Positions 8,601 to 18,884 of a stretch of DNA of 64,000 nucleotides are shown here, one piece after another. The notes under the pieces are model-generated. The model was not told the DNA's origin and made no database searches. It saw only the letters and a list, made by a program, of their open reading frames with translations. The stretch is from an uncultured Acidobacteriota bacterium (GTDB lineage: Bacteria > Acidobacteriota > Terriglobia > UBA7540). Every line of letters begins with the position of its first letter. Position 1 is the stretch's first letter. The position numbers were made by a program, and so were the translations under genes. The stretch covers positions 1,644-65,643 of the forward strand of contig CAWHWE010000013.1 of NCBI GenBank assembly GCA_963832915.1, in the 5' to 3' direction.

Positions 8601-9710
8601 ATGACTATAAACTCAATAGAGATTCGTGTATGCCACAACACCCGCGCGGCCATGTCCGACTCGGAAATGCGCATGGGAGGAAGATCGACATTTGATTTCC
8701 TCGTCATTTCAATGAAGACCGACACGGGGATCGAGGCGAATTCCTTTGGATTTGCGGGACGCGGCGCCGGGATGGCCGGAGAGATTGCAGCCTCGGCGCT
8801 AAAGCCCTTCTTCCTGGGCAAAGACCCGCTGGCGCGGGAAAAACACTGGCAAGACTTCCGCACGTACGACCGCTGGTGGAACCACGTTCCGATTTATTCT
8901 TACGGCCCCTTTGACATCTGCCTTTACGACATCGCCGCCCAGATGGCGGGGCTGCCACTCTACAAACTGCTTGGCATGTACAGGGACAAGGCGCCCACCT
9001 ACGCGAGCTCCTTCGTGCTGCCGGCGCCCGAAGACTATGCCCGGCAGGCGCTGGAGGTTAAGAACAGGGGCTGGCACGCCTACAAGCTTCATCCCCCTGG
9101 AAAGGTTGACTTCGATCTGAGGGCGTACCGGGCCTGCCGGGAAGCTGTCGGCCCGGATTTCAAGCTGATGGCCGACCCGGTGGCGGCTTACTCCCACGAA
9201 GAGGCTTTGCGGGTGGGGCGCGAGCTCGAGCGGCTCAATTTCTATTGGTTGGAGGAACCCCTCTTCGACGTCGATTTCCACGGACTGCGAATGCTGACTG
9301 CCAAGCTGGACATCCCCATCATCGGCACCGAGGTGCTTGCCGGCTCGCACTACTCCACCGCGGACTGCATCGCCACGGGGGTGGTGGACATGGTCCGCAC
9401 TGATGTGTCCTGGAAGGGGGGTATTACGCCGGTCATGAAGACGGCCCACTTGGCGGAGTCCTTCGGGGTGAAGTGTGAGCTGCACACCGCCATCTACCAC
9501 CCGCTGGAAGTGGTGAACCTGCACTGCTGCTGCGCCATTTCCAACTCCGAGTTCTTCGAACTTTTGTACCCCCTCTCCTATATGGACTTTGGAATGAGAA
9601 GCCCATTGCAGATTGACGCCGAAGGCTACGCGCACCCTCCCGAGACGCCGGGGATCGGGGTTGAGTTCGATTGGAATTTTATCGACAACTGTACCATTAA
9701 GAAGCTGTAG
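8601..9710 (+). CDS. Enolase-superfamily (mandelate racemase/muconate lactonizing enzyme) sugar-acid dehydratase, candidate L-rhamnonate/L-fuconate dehydratase
   Basis: MR/MLE-type barrel segments (…KLHPPGKVDFDLRAYRACREAVGPDFKLMADP…EEPL…) and adjacency to rhaM. Confidence 0.7.
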   Translation: MTINSIEIRVCHNTRAAMSDSEMRMGGRSTFDFLVISMKTDTGIEANSFGFAGRGAGMAGEIAASALKPFFLGKDPLAREKHWQDFRTYDRWWNHVPIYSYGPFDICLYDIAAQMAGLPLYKLLGMYRDKAPTYASSFVLPAPEDYARQALEVKNRGWHAYKLHPPGKVDFDLRAYRACREAVGPDFKLMADPVAAYSHEEALRVGRELERLNFYWLEEPLFDVDFHGLRMLTAKLDIPIIGTEVLAGSHYSTADCIATGVVDMVRTDVSWKGGITPVMKTAHLAESFGVKCELHTAIYHPLEVVNLHCCCAISNSEFFELLYPLSYMDFGMRSPLQIDAEGYAHPPETPGIGVEFDWNFIDNCTIKKL

Positions 9711-9777
9711 CGGCGATTTTATATCGCCATAGCTCGTCCGTTCCCGACGCGGGGTGGCGGCGTAAAGCCGCCGCTAC
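9709..9777. repeat. Nested-hairpin element: TGTAGCGGCG [GGCGATtttataTCGCC] [GGCGGCgtaaaGCCGCC] CGCCGCTACA. It includes the TAG stop of the dehydratase gene.
   Basis: Palindromes read from the sequence. Confidence 0.6.
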
Positions 9778-9797
9778 AAGAAGGAGCCAACAAACTT

Positions 9798-10136
9798 ATG
9801 CAAGCGCCAAAGCTTAAGCGGTATGGACAGATCATCGGACTGAAACCGGGAGCCTACGATATGTACGTTGAGCACCATGCGAAGGTCTGGCCGGGAGTTT
9901 TAAAGACCATCTACGACTGCAACATTCGCAACTACTCAATATTCTACAAAGACAATACGCTCTTTGCTTATTTCGAATATATAGGCGACGCCTTCGAGGC
10001 TGACATGGCGAAGATGGCTGCGGACCCCACGACACAGGAATGGTGGGCTATCATGAAGCCGTTGCAGCAGCCGATCCCCACCCGCGCCGAAGGGGAATGG
10101 TGGGCCGATATGAAAGAGGTGTTCCACGTTGACTGA
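9798..10136 (+). CDS. rhaM: L-rhamnose mutarotase
   Basis: 112 aa; ...YVEHHAKVWPGVL...IRNYSIF... matches the RhaM/YiiL family. Confidence 0.8.
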   Translation: MQAPKLKRYGQIIGLKPGAYDMYVEHHAKVWPGVLKTIYDCNIRNYSIFYKDNTLFAYFEYIGDAFEADMAKMAADPTTQEWWAIMKPLQQPIPTRAEGEWWADMKEVFHVD

Positions 10137-10321
10137 GAGGGCCCAGCCGGGCCTCCGGTACTGACAACGGACTAAGAGAGCCGGATGTGCCGGCCCTCCC
10201 ACATAGACTCCCGCTGTCGCGTCGGCTGGATTGTGAATCGTCAACTCGATCCGCGTGGTGCGGCGGGGCTCGAGAGCGAAGGGAAAGTCCTCCAGCGGGT
10301 CGCGATCACCCCAATTAATGC

Positions 10322-11876
10322 TGTTGTGCCCCGATGATAATGTCCCCTTCTGTCACCGATAGAAATGTCCCCTAAACTCATGGCCTCTGAGGAGGCCACA
10401 GTGAAGAGGACGAGGATGGATGAGCGGGAGTTGAGGCGAGGGGCGGTGTTGTCACAGGTGGCGGGGAAGGGTTGGACTTTGGTGCAAGCTGCCGAGCGCA
10501 TGGGAGTGAGCTATCGGCAGGCGAGGCGATTGTGGAAGCGTTATCGAGTGAAGGGGACAAGGGGGCTGATGCATGGCAACGTGGGGCGGGCGTCGAACCA
10601 TGCCAAGCCGAAGAGTTTGCAGCGACGGGTCTTGGGGCTGATAGGGAAGAAGTACGGTGGAGAGCCCGGCGAGCGTTTCGGTCCCACGCTGGCGGCGGAG
10701 CACTTGGAGCAAGACGATCATGTCGCAATCGGGGTGGAGACGTTGCGGCAGTGGATGCTGGAGGCAGGATTATGGAGCCGGGAGCGGAGAGGGCGAGCGC
10801 ATCGGCGAAGGCGGGAGCGGAAAGCGCATTTTGGGGAGTTGGTGCAGTTGGATGGAAGTTTCCATGATTGGCTAGAAGGGCGAGGTCCGCGGGGTTGTCT
10901 GATGAACATGGTGGATGACGCGACGGGTACGACGCTGTGCCGGATGGGCAAGGAAGAGACGATCTGGGCGGCGGTGGGAGTGTTGGAGGCGTGGATGGAG
11001 TGCTACGGAGTGCCGCAGGCGTTGTACACGGACTGGAAGAACGTGTACGTGCGAGAGCCCAGCGCGCAGGAGCGGATGCGAGGAGAAGAGCCTGTGACGC
11101 AGTTCGGACGCATGTGCCGTCAATTGGGGATTGAGATCATCGCGGCCAGTTCGCCGCAGGCCAAGGGGCGGGTGGAGAGGAACCACGGGACGCATCAGGA
11201 CCGCCTGGTAAAGAAGCTTCGCGTACGAAACATAACGAGCCTAGAGGATGCCAATCGATACTTACAGGAGAAATACTGTGAGGAGCACAACACGCGTTTC
11301 GCGGTACGGCCGGCAGCCCCGCAGGACTTTCACTTGCCCAGCCCTGGGGTGCGGAAACTGGACAGCATTTTCCGGCTGGAGAGGGAGAGAGCGCTGAGCA
11401 ACGATTGGGTGGTACGCGATGAGAACCGCTTCTATCAGGTGGAGCGGCAGCGCCTGCATCACGCGCCAGCAAAGAGCAAGGTGAGGTTATGCGAGTGGGA
11501 GGATGGGAGGATCGAGATTCACTACCGAGGGCAGAAGCTCAGCTGGCAAGAGATCCCAGCACGCCCGCTCCCGAGAAAGCAAGAGGACGAACTTCCAGTG
11601 GCCATGGAGGCGACGAAGAAGAAGTGGAAACCAGGGCCGCACCATCCCTGGCGGATGGGCCCGTGGACTGACCGCACGCCGTTGGTCTCGGCCTCCGCTT
11701 CGCCCTAGACGCTCCGCCCTTCGGGCTCCGCAGGGCTTCGCTCCGGCCGAGACCAACGGCGTAACTCACCACTCCAGCAGAAACAAAGGGAGAGACAAAG
11801 TACGTGAAAGACAAAACCGAAAAAGAGGACATTTCTATTGGGTTAAGGATGGGGACATTTCTATCGGGGCTTGACA
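10322..11876 (+). mobile_element. ISNCY-family insertion sequence (~1555 bp). Its imperfect terminal inverted repeats are TGTTGTGCCCCGATGATAATGTCCCC... / ...GGGGACATTTCTATCGGGGCTTGACA. It is flanked by a 16-bp direct repeat TCACCCCAATTAATGC (10306-10321 and 11877-11892).
   Basis: IRs and direct repeats read from the sequence; the transposase lies inside. Confidence 0.7.
10365..11708 (+). CDS. ISNCY-family transposase (N-terminal HTH plus DDE integrase core)
   Basis: From memory, strong resemblance to proteins annotated 'ISNCY family transposase' (…VSYRQARRLWKRY…, …HRRRRERKAHFGELVQLDGSFHDWLEGRG…); internal start alternatives exist. Confidence 0.7.
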   Translation: MSPKLMASEEATVKRTRMDERELRRGAVLSQVAGKGWTLVQAAERMGVSYRQARRLWKRYRVKGTRGLMHGNVGRASNHAKPKSLQRRVLGLIGKKYGGEPGERFGPTLAAEHLEQDDHVAIGVETLRQWMLEAGLWSRERRGRAHRRRRERKAHFGELVQLDGSFHDWLEGRGPRGCLMNMVDDATGTTLCRMGKEETIWAAVGVLEAWMECYGVPQALYTDWKNVYVREPSAQERMRGEEPVTQFGRMCRQLGIEIIAASSPQAKGRVERNHGTHQDRLVKKLRVRNITSLEDANRYLQEKYCEEHNTRFAVRPAAPQDFHLPSPGVRKLDSIFRLERERALSNDWVVRDENRFYQVERQRLHHAPAKSKVRLCEWEDGRIEIHYRGQKLSWQEIPARPLPRKQEDELPVAMEATKKKWKPGPHHPWRMGPWTDRTPLVSASASP

Positions 11877-12229
11877 TCACCCCAATTAATGCTTGACGCA
11901 CCCCACTTTGTGAGCTAGGCTTTGCGCTTGATTTACGGTGTGCTGTACGGCAGGCGGGAGCAAAGGTAGTCCGAATGGTTGCTCCTCTATCTGACGAAGT
12001 CGATTTTAAACAGTTTGGGGATATCGTTATAGATCAACATTGCAGCATCGGTGACTGCGCGGTTGCGGTCCCTGGGTACGACATACGGATCTTACCTCCG
12101 TCCGGAATCACACAACTGTTCATCAACGAGTTAATAATGCGCGCGGCCGTCGCTGGATGAGCCAGCCGAGTTTTGTGGCGGCGTTTATACTCGCCATAGC
12201 AGTCATTCGGGTATCCGCCGGCAAGCACA

Positions 12230-13453
12230 ATGAAGAAAGGAGAATCTGCGGTGATTTCGATGCAAAAATCAAATTCAATACCTAAGTATTTATCGTTGTA
12301 TTGCTACATGTGGGATGTTCTTGACGAAGGGATTAATTCCTTCGCTCATTTGGTCAAGGATGCGGGATTGAATAACATCTCGATGGCATCAACCTATCAC
12401 GGGGGGAAGTCGCTTAACCCTCACAATCGGAAAAATCACGTATATTTTATCGAAGAGGGGGCAATCTACTTCAAACCTTCGGGTGGATTCTTTGATAAGA
12501 CAAAGATGAAGCCCAGAGTCAGCCGGCTCGTTGCCGAGCGTGATTACTGGAAAGACATCGTGACTGCTTGTGAGAAACGTGGAATAGGGACCACGGCCTG
12601 GAGTGTTTTTCTCCACAATTCGTATTTGGGAGCCACATATCCTGAGTGCACGACGCAAAACGTTTTCGGAGACCACTACCTCCACTCACTGTGTCCTTCA
12701 CAGCCGGCAGTCATGGATTATATGCGTGCCCTGGCTCAGAATCTCGCCGCATACCCCATACAGGCAGTAGAGTTCGAGTGTTTTGACTTCACTCCTTTTC
12801 ACCATTATTCTTTTCTGGAAAAGGAGGGGACGAAGCTGACGCCTTTCGCAGATCTCCTCATGTCCATCTGCTTTTGTCCGGCATGTTTGTTGCAGGCGAA
12901 GCAGCGGCACGTTAAAGGGGGAGCTGTTGCCAAACTAACCAAGGGTTGGATCGAACAATACTTTGATGGGAAACACCGGCAGGAGAGAGCGCTCGAATCC
13001 GAAATTGCCACTATCCCCGGCCTGGCAGAGTATCTCCAGATGCGCTTTGAGGTGCTGGCCAACTGCTTCGCCGAAGTTACTGGGACGCTGAAAGCTCATG
13101 ATAAAAGGGCAATCTATATTGTCATCGATCAAGAGCAGCGGCTGAATTACATGAGGGGGTTGGATTTGCTCCAGGTTGGGTCGCATATGGACGCCATCGA
13201 GGTGTTGTTCTACCACCGTAAGTTGGCCGATGCGCCTGGAATCGTACGGAAGATTCGCCGTGCTACCGGGAATATACCAGAGGTTTACTTTGCGGTGAGA
13301 CCAGGCTATCCCGACGCCGACCGAGCGAAGGAAGTCGTCCGCATGACAGACGCGGTCGTCAACGCGGGGGTGAACGGAATCTCCTATTACAACTTTGGTC
13401 TCCTGGAAAAGTTCCATATGAACTGGGTCAAGCAGGCTATCCGCGCCTTGTAG
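12230..13453 (+). CDS. Hypothetical protein in a low-GC (~43%) segment, probably horizontally acquired; family unrecognised, TIM-barrel-like hydrolase is a guess
   Basis: Clean 407-aa ORF; AT-rich codon usage, a sharp contrast to its neighbours; lies immediately 3' of the IS. Confidence 0.45.
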   Translation: MKKGESAVISMQKSNSIPKYLSLYCYMWDVLDEGINSFAHLVKDAGLNNISMASTYHGGKSLNPHNRKNHVYFIEEGAIYFKPSGGFFDKTKMKPRVSRLVAERDYWKDIVTACEKRGIGTTAWSVFLHNSYLGATYPECTTQNVFGDHYLHSLCPSQPAVMDYMRALAQNLAAYPIQAVEFECFDFTPFHHYSFLEKEGTKLTPFADLLMSICFCPACLLQAKQRHVKGGAVAKLTKGWIEQYFDGKHRQERALESEIATIPGLAEYLQMRFEVLANCFAEVTGTLKAHDKRAIYIVIDQEQRLNYMRGLDLLQVGSHMDAIEVLFYHRKLADAPGIVRKIRRATGNIPEVYFAVRPGYPDADRAKEVVRMTDAVVNAGVNGISYYNFGLLEKFHMNWVKQAIRAL

Positions 13454-13563
13454 GGCCCCGGACGAGGGTACTCACCACAGAGGCCACAGCGTCCGCAGAG
13501 TAGAGCTGAAAGAGTTTTCTCTGTGGTCTCTGTGCGCTCTGTGGTGAAGCTTTTCTTCGTCGC

Positions 13564-14568
13564 ATGAGATTCTTCCTTGGAGATGGCGTCATGAAACCTG
13601 CAGACTTTAATCCGGAAAAGTTCGATCGAGGTGGGAAATACACGCTTTACCTCGAATTGGGGCCGGCCGCCAGTAATATCGAATTGCCGGTTTTGCTGGT
13701 CCGTGGAAGTCGGCCGGGAAAAAGACTTGTGGTATCGGCAGCCGTGCACGGCGACGAATACGAAGGGGTCCGAACCATATATGATGTGTACCACGCACTC
13801 GACCCCGCGAACCTGAGCGGAGACTTCCTTTCCGTGCCCGTGTCAAACCCACCCGCATTCTGGAACGGCACCCGGTCGAGTCCGCTCGACGGCGGCAATC
13901 TCGCACGTGTTTTTCCCGGGAGTTTGGAAGCTGGCCCTACCGCCGCGATTGCGTATCATATGGCGGCTTCGATTATTGCGCATGCCGACCTGTATCTGGA
14001 TCTGCATAGTGCTGGAGTCAAGTTGCTGATGCCCACGATGATCGGTTATGACGCCGGGGATGTGCGTTCTCGGGACGCGGCGTATGCCTTCGGTGCAAAG
14101 GTCCTCTGGGGACATCCCGGAACTGCGCCGGGCCGCACCATAACGTTCGCGGCCCAAAAAAATATCCCTTGGCTGTACACTGAGGCGCATGGGGCGGGCC
14201 GCATCGACCCCGCAGATCTCGAAATATTTGTAGAGGGCGTTTTTAATCTGTTGCGTCATTTAAACATCATATCCGGCCCGCTTCGAACTAACCCGGTAGA
14301 GTGGCATCTATACGGCGCCGGGGACATTGATAAAGGTTTTGTGGCCAGTCAGCGCGGCTTCTTAGTGACATCGGCCACCTTATTCCAAAGGGTCCGCGCT
14401 GGGGACAGGCTGGGGTATCTTTGCGACCTACTAGGGAAAACGATTGAAACCTACCTCGCCCCAACCGACGGAGTAGTCGCGATGATCAGAGCGTTCCCGG
14501 CGGTCGAACCTGGCGAACCCTTGTTCTTATTAACTGACCTGCTGGGGGACAGCTCGCAAACGAGCTAA
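13564..14568 (+). CDS. Succinylglutamate desuccinylase/aspartoacylase (AstE/AspA) family Zn deacylase
   Basis: …SAAVHGDEYEG… (the HGxE zinc motif) and the fold size of the AstE/AspA family. Confidence 0.7.
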   Translation: MRFFLGDGVMKPADFNPEKFDRGGKYTLYLELGPAASNIELPVLLVRGSRPGKRLVVSAAVHGDEYEGVRTIYDVYHALDPANLSGDFLSVPVSNPPAFWNGTRSSPLDGGNLARVFPGSLEAGPTAAIAYHMAASIIAHADLYLDLHSAGVKLLMPTMIGYDAGDVRSRDAAYAFGAKVLWGHPGTAPGRTITFAAQKNIPWLYTEAHGAGRIDPADLEIFVEGVFNLLRHLNIISGPLRTNPVEWHLYGAGDIDKGFVASQRGFLVTSATLFQRVRAGDRLGYLCDLLGKTIETYLAPTDGVVAMIRAFPAVEPGEPLFLLTDLLGDSSQTS

Positions 14569-14649
14569 ACAACAAGCTCCGGGCGCCGATGTCAAAGTAG
14601 ACGCGCCAGCGAGTTTGGAAAACGCGGGTCAGAAACTGAAGGAGTAGCT

Positions 14650-15999
14650 ATGAAACGGTTTGCCATTGTTTGTGTTTTGATTCTCGCCTGCGGCCTCGTA
14701 GTGTGGCGTACCCAGTCGGCCCGCGGCGCAGCGCCGGGCCTCAAGATCGGCGTTGCCAGCGAAACGATCACTCCCTTCTTGGATATACCGTTGGTGGGGT
14801 ATTATTACCCTCGCATGCCGGACGGCGTGCATGATGATCTCCACGCTAAAGCGTTGGTGATCGATGATGGGCACGATCAGATCGTGTTGGTTGCATGCGA
14901 CCTCGTGGGGCTCCCCAGGGAAGCGGCGGAAGAGGCGCGCCGGCAGATCAGCGCCCGCTTTAAAATTCCAGCAGATCATATTCTGATTAGCGCCACGCAC
15001 ACGCATACTGGCCCCGAGCCAGTTCCAAATTACGTCAGCAATTTGGGACATTGGATCGCAGACAGCGTCCTTACTGCGGAAGGCAAGAAGCAGCAAGCGC
15101 TCCTTTGGGTTGCCACCGAGCAGGAACCCGTCCTGGCCCACAATCGCCGCTATCTCATGAAAGACGGCACCGTTCAGACGAATCCCGGGTTTCTGAATCC
15201 CAAAGTTGTGCGGCCGGTCGGTCCTATCGATCCCCGAGTCGGTGTGCTCTTCGCTGAGGACGAAAAGCACAACCCGATGATGACTTGGGTAAATTACGCG
15301 ATGCATTTGGATACTGTCGGTGGGACCTGGATTTCTTCGGACTATGCGTATTACCTGGCCCGGACCCTGGCAGAGGTGAAAGGGGCCGACATGCTTACCA
15401 CTTTCACCATTGGCGCGGCTGGGGACATTAATCACTGGGACGTGCAGCGGCCCGGCCCGCAACGAGGTTTCGAAACTGCGCAGAAGCTGGGAGAAACGCT
15501 GGCAGGTGACGTCGTCAAAGCTTACACGCACCTTCAGGCGCTGGATTCCGTTCGTGTCAAAGCGGTCTCCGAAACCATCCAACTCCCCCTCCACGAGATC
15601 ACGGAGCAAGAGGTGAAAGAATCCGAAAAAATTGTTGCTCAACCTCCTCCTATGGGCGTGGACTTCACGTTGGACCGAGTTAAGGCCGAAAAGGTTATGC
15701 ATGTTTATAAGCGGAAGGGGCAAGCTCTTCAGGCGGAAATACAGGTTTTGACCGTTGGACCGGTTGCCTTCGTGGGTATCCCGGGCGAATATTTCGTCGA
15801 GCTCGGGCTGAGGATTCAGAAAGAGTCTCCGTTCCCATATACTTTCATAGTCGAGCTGGCGAATGGCGAGCTCGGATACATCCCCACCCAGAGGGGTTTC
15901 GAGGAGGGCGGTTACGAACCTACTTCCACGCCCCTTGCCCCGGGCAGCGGCGAAAAGATGGCCGACAAAGCCATCGAGCTCTTGAACCGGTTAAAGTAG
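14650..15999 (+). CDS. Neutral/alkaline ceramidase-like amidohydrolase, secreted
   Basis: Signal peptide; …GYYYPRMPDGVHDDLHAKALV… and SATHTHTGPEP resemble the N-terminal domain of neutral ceramidases. Confidence 0.55.
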   Translation: MKRFAIVCVLILACGLVVWRTQSARGAAPGLKIGVASETITPFLDIPLVGYYYPRMPDGVHDDLHAKALVIDDGHDQIVLVACDLVGLPREAAEEARRQISARFKIPADHILISATHTHTGPEPVPNYVSNLGHWIADSVLTAEGKKQQALLWVATEQEPVLAHNRRYLMKDGTVQTNPGFLNPKVVRPVGPIDPRVGVLFAEDEKHNPMMTWVNYAMHLDTVGGTWISSDYAYYLARTLAEVKGADMLTTFTIGAAGDINHWDVQRPGPQRGFETAQKLGETLAGDVVKAYTHLQALDSVRVKAVSETIQLPLHEITEQEVKESEKIVAQPPPMGVDFTLDRVKAEKVMHVYKRKGQALQAEIQVLTVGPVAFVGIPGEYFVELGLRIQKESPFPYTFIVELANGELGYIPTQRGFEEGGYEPTSTPLAPGSGEKMADKAIELLNRLK

Positions 16000-16014
16000 A
16001 GAAGGAATAAAACG

Positions 16015-17043
16015 GTGGCTCAATCATTCTGGCTGGGGATGGGAACAATATTATTGAGCGGGGTCGCTTATGGAGTCTTTGCAATACCGCTGAAGTATTC
16101 CCGGCGTTGGCGATGGGAGAACACCTGGCTGCTTTATGCGCTTCTTTCGATGGTGATTCTGCCCTGGATGCTGGCGATTGGATTTGTCCCTCAGCTCCGG
16201 GCCCTCTGCTCGGGCACACCGAGCCGGCTCCTTTTGCTTCCCTTGGGTTTCGGTTTCATCTTGGGATTCGCGCAGGTCGCCTACGGCATAGGTATAGTGT
16301 CGGTGGGGATTTCCATCGCAGTTTCCGTGGTGTCGGGCGTCAGTTGTGTTACTGGCGCTCTAGTCCCGCTGTTGGTCTTACAACCTTCGGATCTGCTTCG
16401 CACCAAGGGTATTCTGCTTTTAGTGAGCTTGCCCATCTTGCTTGCAGGCGTTGTTCTTTATGGCATGGCCGGTTACCGGAGAGAAAAAGAGCAGGAGAGG
16501 CTTGCTTCTGAAGCTCATGTCTATCCTTGGGGCTTCGGCACAGGGCTCGCGATCTGCATTTTCACCGGTGTTTTCGGGTCAAGCATCAATCTCGGTTTCG
16601 CTTTCAGTGGTGAAATTATTCGCAAGAGCCTCGCCTTAGGCGGGAGTTCCACGACCTCAACATTTGTGGTCTGGACCCTCGTATTCGGAGCCGGCTTCAT
16701 TCCAAACCTGGTCTATTGCTCCTACCTTCTATTCCGCAATCGCGGCTGGTCACGATTTCTGGCCAAGGGTTGGCCGCGAGAAGCAACGTTCGCGACTGTC
16801 ATGGCGGTGCTTTCGCTCGGAGCCTTCATCGGCTACGGGAGGGGCGCGACGGTCATGGGCAGGTATGGTACATCAGTGGGCTGGGCACTCTTCGTTGCTG
16901 CCACGGTGGTGGCTTCTAACGTGGCAGGCCTCATCATGGGCGAGTGGAGAGACACCTCCCAACACACACGCCGGCTGCTTATTGCAGCAGTGTTCGTGCT
17001 GCTGGCGACAGTCGGTATCCTTAACCTTGGTGGAATACTCTAG
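16015..17043 (+). CDS. rhaT: L-rhamnose-proton symporter
   Basis: 342 aa and ~10 TM; N-terminal KYSRRWRWENTWLLYALLSMVILPWMLA parallels E. coli RhaT [28 protein letters not shown]. Confidence 0.75.
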   Translation: MAQSFWLGMGTILLSGVAYGVFAIPLKYSRRWRWENTWLLYALLSMVILPWMLAIGFVPQLRALCSGTPSRLLLLPLGFGFILGFAQVAYGIGIVSVGISIAVSVVSGVSCVTGALVPLLVLQPSDLLRTKGILLLVSLPILLAGVVLYGMAGYRREKEQERLASEAHVYPWGFGTGLAICIFTGVFGSSINLGFAFSGEIIRKSLALGGSSTTSTFVVWTLVFGAGFIPNLVYCSYLLFRNRGWSRFLAKGWPREATFATVMAVLSLGAFIGYGRGATVMGRYGTSVGWALFVAATVVASNVAGLIMGEWRDTSQHTRRLLIAAVFVLLATVGILNLGGIL

Positions 17044-17204
17044 GCCAGCAGTGAAGAAACAGCCCTCTCCCTTGGGGCAGATCTTTACCCATATCGCTTG
17101 CTGGACACCGGGGGTGGGTGCATTCAGCCCCCGGAGAGAGGGTGTTCCGATGCCGGCGTTTTCACCAGCCCGTCAGCCGACGGGGACGGGTGAGACCCAA
17201 TTCC

Positions 17205-18677
17205 CTACTTGTATCCCACATCTCGTTCGAAGGGGAACATAGGTTTCGGTCTATAGTGATAGATAAAGTTGCCGGAATTTGCCGCCGTGATTCCCGGCGT
17301 ATCAACCTCGATGATATGCGCCGAAACTTCTTCGTAGGCCGCGCGAGGAGCAACCGCTCCCTTTGCCACTAGCACTCGTTTTAATTCCGGCTTGATGCCC
17401 AGACTTCGGACCTGTTCAAGGCTAAAGGGCGCCATGCGCAAAGAAGTAAGAACAATGGTGTCACCTTCAGGGCTCTCGACGACGGCTGTCAAACCTTGGT
17501 TGTTCCGAAGCTTGCCCCCATGTCGCACCTTGTACTCCTCAAAATATCCGTCGTGGAGCAAACGAATGCGACCCGAGATGGGTACCGGCCGGCCGTGTAA
17601 GTTGTCAGTTTTCCCGCCAACCTCGAGTGAGATGTTCTGCCCAACCCCGGCACTGAGGCAGGCCTGAACAGCTTTCGGGTCATACAGGACCACCAGAAAA
17701 TTGTGTATGCCAGCCTTTTGAAGTGCGTCGAGAATCACCGTGCTGTCGCCCGGGCTGCCTCCGCCCACGTTGTCGCCCACATCGAGCAGGGTGGTCGGCG
17801 TCCGTTGTCGCTGCCCTATCTCCTTTACGGTTTCGGAGACCGGCGTCCCTGTTATGTTCCATTCCTCACGTCGTTCCCATGCGCGTAGGGCCAGCGCCCG
17901 CGCTTCCCGGCGTGCCAGTTCCTCATCCCCGTCCGTCACCACCAAGAATGCAGGCCCCATTTCTTCAACATCTGCATAGGCAAACCCGGGAGCGATGCTG
18001 GCCGAGATTATGCCTGGCCGTTTGATCAAGCTCTCCAGATCCCGATACAGTGACGCTAATGGTTCTGCCTGCGTTCTCTGAGCGAGAATGGTTATCAAGA
18101 CGGGCGGCTTCTCAAGGGCCTGGACGGGGCGGATACGTCCTTCCAAAGTCTCTTGCAAAATCCTGGCCGCTTCCCTTCCCCGCTCACGCTGGTCGAGGTG
18201 CGGATTGGTCCGATAGATCATTGTTGCCGTAACACCTGAGATCATGCGGGGAGAGACATTTGCGTGCAGGTCAAGCGTCATGACGATAGGCAGGTCCGGA
18301 CCGACAACACCACGGATCTTTTCCACCGTGTTTCCGTCAGCGTCCCGGATGTGTTGGGCAACCATGGCGCCATGCAAGGCAAGCAGCAGTCCGTCCAGTG
18401 ACTCGCCGGCGAGGCGCGTGAGTATTTCTCCCAGAATCTCCTCATAGACCCCCTGCTCGAGGGGTCCTGCGGGCATGGCCCCGGCACTGACCAACGGTAT
18501 AATTTGCGTTCCCCCGGCGTCCGACTGCTCGATCATGCCCGCTATTTCGTGTTGGGACTGGGACCATTCACGAATGATGTCTTTGCCAAAGAGCACGCCC
18601 CCTTCCTTGAACATTTGACGGGTAGTGGGGTTGGGATTAAAGCTGTTCGATTCGTGGGCAAATGAAACCAGACCTAC
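17205..18677 (-). CDS. M81-family metallopeptidase (MlrC / microcystinase C-like, DUF1485 plus MlrC_C)
   Basis: …VGLVSFAHESNSF… N-terminus typical of MlrC. GTG start at 18677 follows a GGGAG RBS; the ORF-track ATG at 18785 adds 36 unrelated residues. Confidence 0.65.
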   Translation of the reverse strand, partial: VGLVSFAHESNSFNPNPTTRQMFKEGGVLFGKDIIREWSQSQHEIAGMIEQSDAGGTQIIPLVSAGAMPAGPLEQGVYEEILGEILTRLAGESLDGLLLALHGAMVAQHIRDADGNTVEKIRGVVGPDLPIVMTLDLHANVSPRMISGVTATMIYRTNPHLDQRERGREAARILQETLEGRIRPVQALEKPPVLITILAQRTQAEPLASLYRDLESLIKRPGIISASIAPGFAYADVEEMGPAFLVVTDGDEELARREARALALRAWERREEWNITGTPVSETVKEIGQRQRTPTTLLDVGDNVGGGSPGDSTVILDALQKAGIHNFLVVLYDPKAVQACLSAGVGQNISLEVGGKTDNLHGRPVPISGRIRLLHDGYFEEYKVRHGGKLRNNQGLTAVVESPEGDTIVLTSLRMAPFSLEQVRSLGIKPELKRVLVAKGAVAPRAAYEEVSAHIIEVDTPGITAANSGNFIYHYRPKPMFPFERDVGYK

Positions 18678-18884
18678 TTTTTTCACTAGCGAGACTCCCT
18701 TCCAGCAGTAGTTTGTAGTACCTTCGCGGCGCTCGAAGATTTCTCCGTGTGCTCCGTGGCCAAAAGAACCTAACACAGAGATCACTGAGACCCTCCGTGC
18801 TCTCTGTGTTTACGCTTTCCAGGCTCGGAGAACACGGAGAATTGCCTTTTGGTTGCGACCGCGGGCCGCGCTATAGAGTAATGC

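Noticed and set aside
12230-13453. Assignment of the low-GC ORF to a specific glycoside-hydrolase family
   Set aside because: I could not identify catalytic motifs confidently from memory. It is left as hypothetical; only the compositional anomaly is reported.
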